Shown here piece by piece: positions 47,980 to 59,800 of a stretch of DNA of 64,000 nucleotides. A program made the position numbers and the translations under genes. Origin of the DNA: Pelagomonas calceolata (lineage: Eukaryota); assembly GCA_918797485.1 (NCBI GenBank), contig CAKKNE010000002.1, positions 3,472,001 to 3,536,000 on the forward strand. Direction: 5' to 3'. How positions within the stretch are numbered: position 1 is the stretch's first letter; the number at the start of each line of letters is the position of its first letter. Under the pieces are notes generated by a model. It worked only from the letters and a program-made list of their open reading frames with translations, was not told the DNA's origin and made no database searches.

Positions 47980-49117
47980 TTAGAGCTCACCCTTATAATT
48001 GCGTACCTCTCCATCCATAAAAAATATAATGTTTGACATTATAAGCTTACCAGGGGTCCGTTTCAGTGCCCAAGGCCGTCCGAGTCCGGAAGGCTGCATA
48101 GGAAAGGGAGACGTGTAATCTGTGGGCCCCACCCCAACCCTCCTCCCCATCCGAGCAGTCCCCTTCGTTTTTCGAGGCTAAAGCGGCAGCGTCGCGGCGC
48201 CCGCGGGTTGGCCCTGGAAGGCCCCAGGGCACGAACCCGCGCGGCGCGGCTTGAGCATACCCTGGCTCGCTTTCTAGGCTCGCTTCTGTCCACTCCTTTG
48301 ACTAAAGTACCGTTCTAGCCCGTATAAACAGTGGTTTTCTTGCTAAAGTTAAACGGGTTTTATGCACTTCAAAATAACTTAAATAAGCTCAGCAGCTAAG
48401 GGCCTTCTCCCTGCTCAGTCACGGTCAGGATACCCAACCGGAGCTTCGAAATAGCAGTAAGATAACGGCCCGGGTACAACGGATTTTTCTCCCGGGGGTA
48501 ATTTGTCCCCCATAACCAAACGACAGCGATATTCACCAGTCAATTGCCGTGCGAGGGGGCGAGCTGAGTATAATCTCGAGTGAAATTGCGCGTTGCGGAC
48601 ACGCTGCATGCGGCAGCGAGACGCCTGGCGCATGGGCCGTCATTCCGGTTCGCGTGAGCTTCGCAGTTCGGTAGAATGTGAAGCACCCCGGGCACCCGAA
48701 GGATGATTCGCAGTAAGCCTGAGTTCCCCGGGCCCCTTAGACTATTGATTGGGAGGCGCTACAGCCCCCGATTACTAGCCGGGCCCTTCAGTTTGCTGAA
48801 GCCACATTGCTATTTTTAAAGTACTCAGAGCATTTCGCTCCGTTTCTCGCTCTTGCAAGGCGGCTGCCCCAGTTGCAAGTGCACATCCCCGTTAGCTCGC
48901 GGGCGTCTTCGTGCGAGTATTTGTGACCGCCATGTGACCATGACCCCCGGGCCATTGTCAACCTGAGAGCTTTGGGCCTGGGAGGGACAAACTAGTGTAC
49001 TTCTAGTACCTGGGTCCTCCCTGAGCCTTAGGGACTCAAGCACGATGTGGTCATCCTCAGCACATACTTAGTGTAAAAGAACCAAAACTTTGATCAGTAA
49101 GTAGTTCCATGCCAGTG

Positions 49118-50298
49118 CTAGAAGGATGCAAACAAATCGGCGCCGCTGGTGCAAACAGAGATTGGTGCCTCTTCAATAGAGTCAGGGTAAGCTTCATAAT
49201 TGGAAGTATCAAATTGATCCTTGACGAGGGGAATAACAGGTCCAGTGGCCTTCTTTGCGAGTATGTCATTGAAAGTTACGCCTTGGAAAAATCTATGCTT
49301 ATTGACATCCAACGCGCCCCCTTTGAGACAGCCGTAGCGCTTCGTTAAATCTGCAACCAGCAACTTTTTGATCAAAGACCTAGCGTTGCGTTCAATGAAG
49401 CGCGGAAAGCTCACTTTTCCAATTAGAATTTGCTGATATATGCCCATTGGATCTTCGTCAATAAAAGGGGGCTGCCCTACCATCATTTCGTACACTAAAA
49501 TCCCCAGCGTCCACCAATCGACACCCCTGCCATGCCCTTTATTCAGTAGAACTTCTGGCGCAATGTATTCGGGGGTTCCACAAAGAGTATACCTGCATCA
49601 AAGTTTTACAAGAGAAAATTGGAGACATAATGCGCTTCAAACTACACGGGCTCTAGCGTCTTATATATGACTCTCTTGGCGAAACCAAAGTCTGTAATCT
49701 TCACATAACCGTCCTTGTCAAGCAGGAGATTTTCCGGCTTAAGATCCCGGTAAATGAAATCGCGAGCATGCAGATACTCAAAGATAAGCGTGACTTGAGC
49801 AGAGTAGAACTTTGTAGAAATTATGTCAAGACGTCCAGCGTTACGGAGGTGAGTAAAGAATTCCCCTCCGACGACATACTCAAGCACCATATACAAGTAC
49901 CACTTATCTGTGAATAATTATTAGATCAATCAACTTCCCAAAATAGTTAAATTCACCTTGAAATGTGCAAGCGAGATGCACAATAAATGGGTGCTTGCAT
50001 TGATCGAGAATTGTTTTCTCCGAAATGACATGCTCCACCTGCATGCATGTATAACTGATATGAATAGCAGATAGTAAGCGACTTGACCTGCTGTAAGCGA
50101 ACCAGTTCGCTCTTCTTCAGAACTTTTACAGCCCATGGAGTTGTTGTATCCTATTTCAATCTCACGTCGTAGTTAACGTGCTCAAACTACCTTGTGAGTG
50201 GCAAATCGTACACGCCCGAAGGAGCCGGTGCCAAGAGTTACACCGACCTCAAAGTCGCTTAGCGATGCTGCTGAAATGTCTTGGCCACGGGGCGCCAT
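49118..50298 (-). CDS. cAMP-dependent protein kinase catalytic subunit, multi-exon
   Basis: [70 protein letters not shown]-terminal FASF*. Confidence 0.95.
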
Positions 50299-50399
50299 GT
50301 GCCTTGGAGCCCGGGCCCTGATCTACAACGACTAGTATCTTCCGTAAAGATAAATCACGATTGCGCCTCGGCCTAGCCAAACACCGGAAAATCCCTTAG

Positions 50400-50619
50400 A
50401 GCCCTATATAGATATAGAACGTTAGGAAATAATTTTTCCGTAATTATGGTTCAATTTATACGTCTCAGGGGCCCGGGCGATTTTTGGGTTGGGGTTCGGG
50501 TTTTATTGCAGCCGGCGGCGGTCGCACCGCGTCGCAGCTGCTTGCTCTGCGCGAGGCTGCCCGCATGGTACCAAATTGCGCACAGCCCATTATTTTAGCA
50601 TACGGAACCTGCGCCTCAG
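50400..50619 (+). repeat. Repeat family A, copy 2
   Basis: Aligns with 7595-7806. Confidence 0.85.
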
Positions 50620-51460
50620 TGCTAGAAAAATACCCCTATCCCTATCCTAGTAGTCCTTGTTCCCTCCGAGTCCTAGACTATTAAGAACGCGTATGAGCAC
50701 AACCTCTCTCCGTACTTTAGTACCACGGGGTCTGGCAACTAGGGAATCAGTGCAAAGCACTGCCATGCTCCTAGGCACCTCACTGCCTAGTATTTCAAGT
50801 TTTAGCAGGTTATGGGCCCACGGCCGTTCAACTTTGCGTCGCTCACAAGCAACTGTCATAGATGAGGCATTCAGTGGTCTATACTCGACAGCACCACACA
50901 CGCAACGCGCAATCATGATAAAACCGTGAAACCGAAAACCAAAAACCGTGGCCCGGGCTAGTTCCGAGTCAAGTTCAAGTTAGTGTATTTTAAGGTAGCC
51001 TGCCCTCCCGGGCCGGCGGACTACTACTAGGCTATCTCAGCCGCTGCACAGTGTACTCCCCGGGCCAAGGGTGCGTACCATACGTACTAGGTGACCGTGA
51101 CCCCTCCGAGTCAGGCTTTGGTCTTGCGTTATTCGCACTGGCAGGCAGTACCACTAAGATGGAAACCAAATATGCCAGTGTCACTGGCATAAATCTGACT
51201 CGGAAACTGCTACCCTCCTTGTGACAGCAACTGCCAGTGGTGCAAGCCTGAGCCTGAGGGGTCCGAGTCGCGGCTTGTGAAAGTCTGAGCGACTCGGTAT
51301 CTTCTTGCCATTGTTGCCCTGGATGGCCAGATAACGAAGCCGCATAATCACACTAGTACTAGTTAATCGTTGATCGTATACTGATCGATCAGCTCCCGGC
51401 AACTGTTGATTCCTTTAACAAAGTTATCGCTGCGAGCAGGCGAGGTCTTGCAGCACTTAC

Positions 51461-52475
51461 ATGATGACGGAGCCAGATAAAGACCCCCTTGCGGACATCG
51501 CGGGTGAAGATGATGCTTCGCTGCTAGCTGATCATGTTGCGGCCACTGATTTGACTTCCCTAGTCGAAGCTGACGATGACGAGCGAGAAGAAGACATGTC
51601 CGCCTCCGAGGAAGATTCTTCTTGGATATCCTGGTTTTTGAGCTTGCGTGGAAATGAATTTTTTTGTGAAGTTGATGAAGAATATATCCAGGATGACTTC
51701 AATTTGACTGGGCTTTCCTCACTCGTGCCGTATTATGATTACGCTCTTGACATGATCCTCGATGCACAAGCCAGCGCCCGTTGCAAGTTGTGTCATGTAT
51801 TTCCTAGTAGGTAGAGATGGCAATTGAAGAGTCACTCACAGAAGAACAGCAAGAGCTTGTTGAGTGCGTCATATTGACATTTTCTTTTTAGTTTGTACAC
51901 AGATCAGCGGCTGAAATGTTATATGGCTTAATTCATGCTCGCTACATCATTACGAATCGAGGTTTGCAGGCAATGTACGAAAAGCTCACCTCAGCATCTT
52001 TTGGAAAGTGCCCCAGGGCTTTTTGTTCAGGACAGCCTGCGTTACCCATTGGCCGGCACAGATACAGAACATGTTTCCAAAAAAAGTTCCTTATTTCTTT
52101 CCTCCTAGGTCGGATGTGCCAAGGAACTACACGGTGCAGATTTTTTGCCCCATGTGCCATGATATCTTCACTCCGCGATCATCACGATCAGCTTCAATAG
52201 ATGGAGCCTACTTTGGAACAACATTTCCTCATCTCTTCATGCTAACATTCCCTGAATGTATTCCTAAAAAGAGCTCGCAGTACTTTGTTGCTTTCAGAGT
52301 AAATGATAGAACTCCCAAGGGCCTCTTTCACTAAAAGTCCCAGGTCCCTCGTGTATTTGGATTTCGGATACACAAGAGTAGTCCATACTACGCTGATTCT
52401 GCTCTTTCTTCATCCCAGGTTAAACGTCGCCAAAAGCCACTACGGAGGGCCAAGTCAAAACCGATCGTATTGTGA
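51461..52475 (+). CDS. CSNK2B: Casein kinase II regulatory beta subunit; 5 exons
   Basis: [84 protein letters not shown]. Confidence 0.97.
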
Positions 52476-53329
52476 GTGCTGGTTAGTTTGTAATTCTTCT
52501 TCGCTGGTTCGACTTTCATGTAATCACATCCGTGAGCGCGGTGACTGGAAATTTAAATACAATCCAGGACTCCGGGGTTCAGTGCAATAATAGGACGGAC
52601 CCATCTGCAGCTTCATATTTGTATGTGCAACTTAATGAAGTCTTAATGCACTTAGGTGGCCCCTCTTCCCGCCGCCTAGTGTAATTTTATGCTGGCAGGC
52701 TCGCGAGTAAGTTGCATTGGGGTAATAATGGCGACCATGCCTGTTCTCAGTAGCCGCGGCCTAGATCACGACAGCGTTTTTAAAAGCGGAGAGTTCAGGG
52801 TATTAGAGGCCCGTCAGCTGGCCCGTCACTGCCAGTGTGACGGTTGGAATTTTTAATTCCAGCCATCTAGGCCCTAGGTTTGAATTTCTTTACGAAACTG
52901 AAAGTCATTATCTGCTTCAAAACTTTTAGAGCATTAACCTATCAATTAGATAACTGGAAAAGCAATTCGTCCAATCAGCTGCCAGTGCGGCGACTTTTGC
53001 CAGTGACTCGGAGGTGATGACCGGTGAATTTTGGTACCGTTCGGCACCTTCCGGTCCCCGGGGGGGCGAAAGCAACCTCACTTTGCCATACAATAATGGG
53101 GTCTCGCTTCACGCAGGTCCAGTCCGCGTCCTTGGGGCCTCGCAGAAGCTGAGATCTCGTCAAATCATTGATGATCGCGTGCTAAGCGGGGCGCGATCGA
53201 CCGCCCCGGCCGCCGATGCTGCCAAATTCACGCTCACTCACTGGTCAGCGTCGATAGACTCCCTTCCCTGGTGAGATACGCCTGGACTTGATATAGATCG
53301 CTAAGGTACTGTGACTACAACTTAGGCCT

Positions 53330-55690
53330 ATGTATCCCGCTCGCGCGGCAGTAACGCGCGGCATGGATTCGCCGATCCTACCAAGTGGTTCCTCCAACCG
53401 GCTCGATCCTGTGAAAATTGCTCATTTCGGTCCTCCTGGATTGCTCGCAGATGTTCTCCCTGCTTGCCTCGAGCCGGCAAGATATCACTTTATTGGCACA
53501 GCACTTGGCAGTGGCCTAAGGCCCAAAGCGTCAGACTTATTGGACGCAGACGTTGTTCTGCTCTGGGTTGCGCCCCAGCCTCCCTCGTTGTCTTTGCTAG
53601 ACGATATGCACGCGATCCTGGTTCTTTTGCGGGAAACAAAACGATCACGACCGCAGAGAGTAGTATTGATATCTAATCTTCTGAGTTGGGGAGCATGTCC
53701 GCTTCTCGGTGAAAACTTTCACGCCGGCGACAGCATCAGGGCATCGGAGGATACTTACCTTGATCGAAGATGTTGGCCAAGTTGCGAAGGATTGATGGCA
53801 TTAGAGGCGCATGTGATGCGATTGGAGGGGCCGACACTGCATGCATGTGTAATTGCAGCTGGTGTGACCTATGGTGCCGGTGAAGAAAGCTTCTTTAAAC
53901 TTGTTCGTGATGCCTACAACTTTAATCTGATGGTGCTACCAGCGTCAGGTGCGAACGTGATACCCTCTGTCCATGTTTGTGTCTTGTGCACCTTCATTTG
54001 CTTTCTCCTTGATTCAGATTCACAATTCTTTCCCAAGCCGTATCTTATTGCGTGTGAGCCGCGATCGGCCACATTAAAGGAGATTGCCTTTGCCTTTGTC
54101 AGAGAGTGGCATAGACGCGCTGGACGTGCTGCAGGGGATGGGGGTTCCACTTTGCTGTCAGGGCAAGTCAGTGAAGGCAATAGTCGCGCGACTAATAATG
54201 TATCGCAACTCGATTTCTGTCGCCGCTTCAAGGACCCTTCAGAAGGCTGTGAGGTGTGCTTTGCATATCCCGCAAGCATTGTGCTTGCACTGGACTGTGC
54301 TGGTCTTCAGATTGCCGGGGGCATATTTGAGCAGGCGATTGATACACCAGGGGCCCGCCCCTTCACATGTGGGCTTGTAAGCAGCATCGTCGGGGTTGTA
54401 GATGAATTTATTGAGGCTCGAGGTCTGACTCCACGTCGCATCTGGGTTCTACGACAGCCGGGGCGGACACAAGCACAGAGAGCGGTGGCCAAGTTTATTT
54501 CAGAGCAGTTTAAGTTTACTTTAATTGATGCAGACAATAGTTTGAAATGGGTGCTTGCTCAGTCGCAACATAGTGCCTCTTCTGGATCAGACAGTGTCAA
54601 TGAGGACAAGGCAGCATATACTCTTTTGCCGCAAAGTTCCATTGACAGTGAAGTCTGGAAGCTTCAGGAGGAGATCCGTGCCCTTCTACCTGGTCACAAT
54701 GCTGACGTTTGTTCAGCTGCATTACCGCTGAGGCTAGTGTCAAGATGCATACGCGTGCGGCTCTTGGATCCAGTCCTAGTAACGCATAGCTATGTCCTCG
54801 ACGCATGTCCAGCTTCTCCTCTCATGTTAAAGTATATATTTATACCGGAGTGTGAAGTCGACGGCAGCAAAAACATATGCTTAAGTCCACTTCTTGCTCC
54901 TTCGCATATGGTAATACTCACTGAACCCTCTGTAGTTCCAAAAAATGCAACACCCGAGCAAAGAGAATGGATTTCTTTGCAAGCTTCGGACTGGCGATTC
55001 CAAGGCGACTCAAAAATGCATACTCATCTTTCCATGATACCTTCCCTGGTCGACCTGTTTGATGACACTGTGCATCCACTAGCTATCCCACTCGCCGACC
55101 TAGCTCTCGATGTTTCCAACAATTGGACTTCATTGGACGATCTTAGTCCTTGGTGGGTTTCAAAGAACACAAGTGGTTGCTCGAATAATTTAACATTGCC
55201 AAATCCGTCTACACCCTCCTGGCAAAGGGAGATTATTAAGCTCCTTCATTGGGTGCACCCAGTCCCCAAGGCGATCGCTGCGACTGATAGGCACAACCGC
55301 GCCCTGAATTTTTTTCGTGTAACCAAGCCTGGATCAAAGAAATCATGCGGTATCCAAGAAGAGGCTGTATCTCGACAATCATGCACGTTTTTAGCCAAAC
55401 AAAGTCCGTTTAATCAGATTGTCACTGATGATAATGAGAAACTTCTGATTCATTCATCAGGCTTGAGGCACTTCCTACTGTCAGTTATGGACCACGTCGC
55501 CAAGGCAATGCTGGAGACTATGCGACCATCTGGACCCAAGGGGAAGATTGAAAGCCTGGGTGATGTGCTAGCCAGGAGGGCCCAGCATCTAGAGGCGTGC
55601 GCCTGTGCGTACGCATATCTTCGTTACCGCTCATCTCTGGGTAAGTTACATGAATTCCGACAATGTGAAGATGATGGTGACAGTAGCTAG
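53330..55690 (+). CDS. AK7: Adenylate kinase 7-like protein, highly diverged
   Basis: VLISNLLSWG, VIAAGVTYGAGE, GANVIPSVHV (AK7 N-terminal Rossmann-like region); EFIEARGLTPRRIWVL; YVLDACP; Dpy-30-like tail LRHFLLSVMDHVAKAMLE. Confidence 0.7.
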   Translation: MYPARAAVTRGMDSPILPSGSSNRLDPVKIAHFGPPGLLADVLPACLEPARYHFIGTALGSGLRPKASDLLDADVVLLWVAPQPPSLSLLDDMHAILVLLRETKRSRPQRVVLISNLLSWGACPLLGENFHAGDSIRASEDTYLDRRCWPSCEGLMALEAHVMRLEGPTLHACVIAAGVTYGAGEESFFKLVRDAYNFNLMVLPASGANVIPSVHVCVLCTFICFLLDSDSQFFPKPYLIACEPRSATLKEIAFAFVREWHRRAGRAAGDGGSTLLSGQVSEGNSRATNNVSQLDFCRRFKDPSEGCEVCFAYPASIVLALDCAGLQIAGGIFEQAIDTPGARPFTCGLVSSIVGVVDEFIEARGLTPRRIWVLRQPGRTQAQRAVAKFISEQFKFTLIDADNSLKWVLAQSQHSASSGSDSVNEDKAAYTLLPQSSIDSEVWKLQEEIRALLPGHNADVCSAALPLRLVSRCIRVRLLDPVLVTHSYVLDACPASPLMLKYIFIPECEVDGSKNICLSPLLAPSHMVILTEPSVVPKNATPEQREWISLQASDWRFQGDSKMHTHLSMIPSLVDLFDDTVHPLAIPLADLALDVSNNWTSLDDLSPWWVSKNTSGCSNNLTLPNPSTPSWQREIIKLLHWVHPVPKAIAATDRHNRALNFFRVTKPGSKKSCGIQEEAVSRQSCTFLAKQSPFNQIVTDDNEKLLIHSSGLRHFLLSVMDHVAKAMLETMRPSGPKGKIESLGDVLARRAQHLEACACAYAYLRYRSSLGKLHEFRQCEDDGDSS

Positions 55691-56882
55691 TTTCCTGACG
55701 CGGGAGGTAGCCAAAGAAAATGGTGTGTGTATCCGTTTGTCTTGCTGCGCAGGGAATGGATGGAGTCTAGGGATTCCGCACGGAGCAAGAGAAGCGACGT
55801 TTTTATATATTGTATAGATGTGCACTGGATAAACGGTAGCGCAGGAGACCACCAGATGATTGCGTTCTAGAAGTAAGGGCAGCTAGTGGCTCGTTACTCA
55901 GCTGATATAGGGGCAAGATCGTAGCTCCAGGGCCCGACGGGTGTTTTGAAATCATCGACAACATAACAATTTCAAGGACTCCTGCTGACACGCACAAGAT
56001 TAGGCTTTGCCGCGGGCCTGAACAGAGGAAACAACCTTCGAAAAACAACTCGGCGGTGTGAAGGCAGAAAACACTCTGATTGAGTCGGATTCGGCGCCAC
56101 CGTGACATGTGCCGTGACATGTGCCACTGCGGGATATTACCATGGGTACTGTTCGTGTTAATTGGCTACATCGAGTTTCCGAGGCACCTAATCAGCTTGA
56201 ATTCGGAGCCTAGGATCCATCGGCTTCAGAGCTAGCTCAGGACGCCTCGACCACGTCTTGGAGGCACAGCCGGGGTCGATGAAATGAGCCTCAGTCCGAA
56301 TCCAGCCCGCAATTTTCCTTCATCTGGACTTTGACCATGAGAGCCCAGGACAATCCATTGGTTTTCCGTAGGCAGCAACCATTTCCCAGATAGACGCCCA
56401 AAAGAGTCCGGAAGAACCTAGCAGAGGCATTCTGAGTTTGTGGAAGTCTGAGGGGTCCGTGGCTACCTTCGGCTTGCCTTTGCAGGCTTCACTTCAATTT
56501 GGCTATGTACTATTTTGGCCATGTTGGAGTTTTGCGATGACTTCTATAAATAAACTACCTTTAGTATGATTAATAATACAAAAAAAAACCGAGACTCCCG
56601 GGCCCAGCCTGGCAGCCCATGGCATGCCATGACTCGGATGGGCCCCGGGCCCGGGGCCCACTGGCACCGTGACCTCAGGCTCGACGCCTGCTAGGGGCGG
56701 CGGCCGCGCTCGAGCCACCTGGACGACCATTTTTGAAAGCGACCATGATCGTGACTAGCCTTAGCACTCGGAGTCCGGGGCGATTTCGGCGATCAAATAC
56801 CGTAGTATACTCGGTATACATATAGCCTATAATAATACCGTATAGGCCCTTATATATCCTGGCAATATTGTATAACGCCACA

Positions 56883-59800
56883 ATGGGGCCTTACGATCGC
56901 GGAGCTACATGCACTGGCCGTCGCGGCTTCGAACTAAGCTCGGGGCTACTTCGATTGTATCACTCTTTCGGTATGGATACATCGCGCAAGGCAAATCTTG
57001 AATATTTAGAAGATAGTCCCGAGGCTGTCATTGCCTATGCCGCGGGAAATGCTTTGGTCATTTTATTCGTGCCCTCGATGAAGAGAAAGTATGTATTCGG
57101 GATCGACAGGACAGGCGTCGGCTCGTTTGCCGTACATCCTACACGCAAATCCTTCACGGTGGGCGAAAAGGGAAGAGATCCAAAATTGTGTGTTTATGAG
57201 TATCCAAGTCTTGACCTCATTAAGATTTTACGGAATGGAGCCGTGCGAAGCTTCGCTTGCATGTCGTATTCTAGCGGTGGCGGAAAACTCGCGACAGTAT
57301 CCGGGTCACCTGATTTTATGCTCAGCATTTGGGATTGGAACAAGGAACAAATGCTTCTTCAAAGCAAGGTGCGTAGATTTGATGCATTGAGGATCCGAAT
57401 TAGTGCCTGTGAGCTTAGGCGTTTGGTCAAGAAGTTTATAGTGTCAAGTTTTCTCCGGTAAACGATGGCCGGTTGACAACAGCAGGGACAGGCCACATTC
57501 GCTTCTGGAAAATGGCATCAACATTCACTGGGCTGAAGCTGCAAGGGGACATAGGGAAATTTGGAAAGGTAGCCCGCTCCAGCCCGAACATGATTGAAAT
57601 ATGCCTACTCAACCCATGATTGCAGGTAGAACTGACTGACATTCATTCTTTTGTTGAATTGCCCAACAATCAAATACTTTCCTCCACGGAGTCCGGATCT
57701 CTTTTGTTATGGGAAGGACACTTCATTAAATGCCGTATCAAGCGCAACTCTGTGAGACCTTGTCACGATGGTGAAGTAAGAAGAATGTATCATCAAACAT
57801 AAAATATCCACCTGCTGAATGTTAGGTGACGTTTTTGGCGCTGTCAGACGACACAAACTCTGTTGTCTCAGCTGGTGTTGATGGCTGGGTCAGGTATTGG
57901 GATACTAAATCTATAGTTGACGCAGAAATAGACACTGATGTATCCATTGATTATGTACTGGAGCCCAAATTTGAATTCGGCATCACCAATCCTGAAGTTG
58001 GATGTTCTATTCGTTGGATGTTGTATGGAGCCGCGAATGAGTCCCATTACTTTATACGCGATTCTTTTGGTAAGCTTTGGAAGTTATTAGTTCCGGGTGC
58101 GGACGTGAACCAACTGCCAGCAGCCTGCCTGTCAGCGTGAGTCACATTGCCACCGCTCGTCTTACAACAGAGTAATTATGCATGCAGGTTCCATGCTGGG
58201 TCAATTGAGTCCCTTGCGGTGTCTTCCATAGATCATTTTGCTGCTACCGCTGGATGTGACGGAACAGTACGTTGCTGGGACTATATAGCCCGCCGGCAGT
58301 TGTACTTGCTAGCTCATAATCACGCGGTCACAGCATTGTGTTGGGCACCTGTTTTCTTGGACTCCCAATGTCGCACGCTAATGGTTGGCTTTGATAACGG
58401 TGTCGTCCGCGTGCTATACCGCGCAGGAACACAGTGGCTCTGTATCCAGTGCTTTAAGCCTCATGATACTTCCGTCACAAAAGTTGCTACGTCCCCAGAT
58501 GGGAAATACCTAGCAACTGGCTGCGCTCACGGTGTTATTTTTCTGCTGCAAACTCAGAAACTCGACCTTGGTACATCACAATTGCCATATGAACCTATCG
58601 GGTTTGTGAATGTTGGTGGTCCCGTGTCCTCATTGTGCTGGCAGAAGGATAGTCTGAAGTTGCTGATAACTGCGAATGGTCGTCTTATGAATATTGATTG
58701 CAGCGGCCAGTTAGACGTAAAGGGATCCGGAACTTATGAGCTGTGCTGTCCTGTCAATGAGCGCCACATATCGTGGCGTCGTGAAGATACAGCTACTTCT
58801 GACATAGATGACTCGCAAAACTCACATTCCGCCACTCCTGTACTTGAAGCTGCAGTCTCATGTGCGGCATATTTCGATAATAATACGATCCTAACTGCCG
58901 TTACAAACAGAAGTGGCTTAATTCATGTGATTGACAGAGGCACGCATAATTTGGTTGAGTCTCTTCCTGTTGGAATAAACGCCGCTAAGCCCAACGCGGC
59001 CGTACTTCTTGTTTACTACGAAATTCATTTATCTGTGGTTGTGACGGCCAGTGATGATGGAACAGTTTCTGTGCGTCAAGCTGACCCAAAACTACACTCC
59101 GAACGTTTCTGTGTTGTGTCACAGCCGCACGATGCTGATGCACGTGTAAACGGTGCTCTCGTTTCCTACGACGGCCATTTTTTGCTTTCAGTTGGATCTG
59201 ATGGTTTATTTGTTATCCAGCAATTGAATTTGAAGGAGCTGAAATTACAAGCCTGTAACAAAGAAACTAGAAAGGCAAACGACTGTTTTGAGCCTCACGA
59301 GTTCGTGTTATCCGAAGGCGAGCCTCCATCTGCTCAAGATGGATTTCATGTAGCAAGAGCTGACATTTCAAGTGACATACATGATAGGGCGAAGGAATCC
59401 GCTCATCTGCAGGCAGATGACTTGCCAGACAGTGCCTATTCTTTTGAAGCCAGCCGAGCGAAGCAAGAAAGAGATCAAGTCTTGGCAGCCGCGGAGAAAA
59501 AACGGGAAGCGGTCCGCAAAGAAATAGCACACATACGGGAGAATTTCGAAAATATCGTTCCTAAAATCCAAAAGGACACAGAACCTCACTTATATAACAT
59601 GCAAGACAGTGATTTGGTCATAGATCTCGAATTCAATCACACATGGAAGCAGCAAGAGGACGAACTTTTGGAAGCAGTCCGTCAGTCATGCCAATACAAT
59701 AGTCAATACTCAAAACTTCTCTTGGGCAAGCTTAGAGGTCGTTATGTAACAGAATTACAAAGAATGGGCCCCAGCCTAATGGAAGGTCAGACAATTGCAG

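Noticed and set aside
49118..52475. Head-to-head PKA-C and CK2beta as a functional pair
   Set aside because: The 1.1-kb spacer is largely repeat-derived; adjacency alone is not evidence of co-regulation
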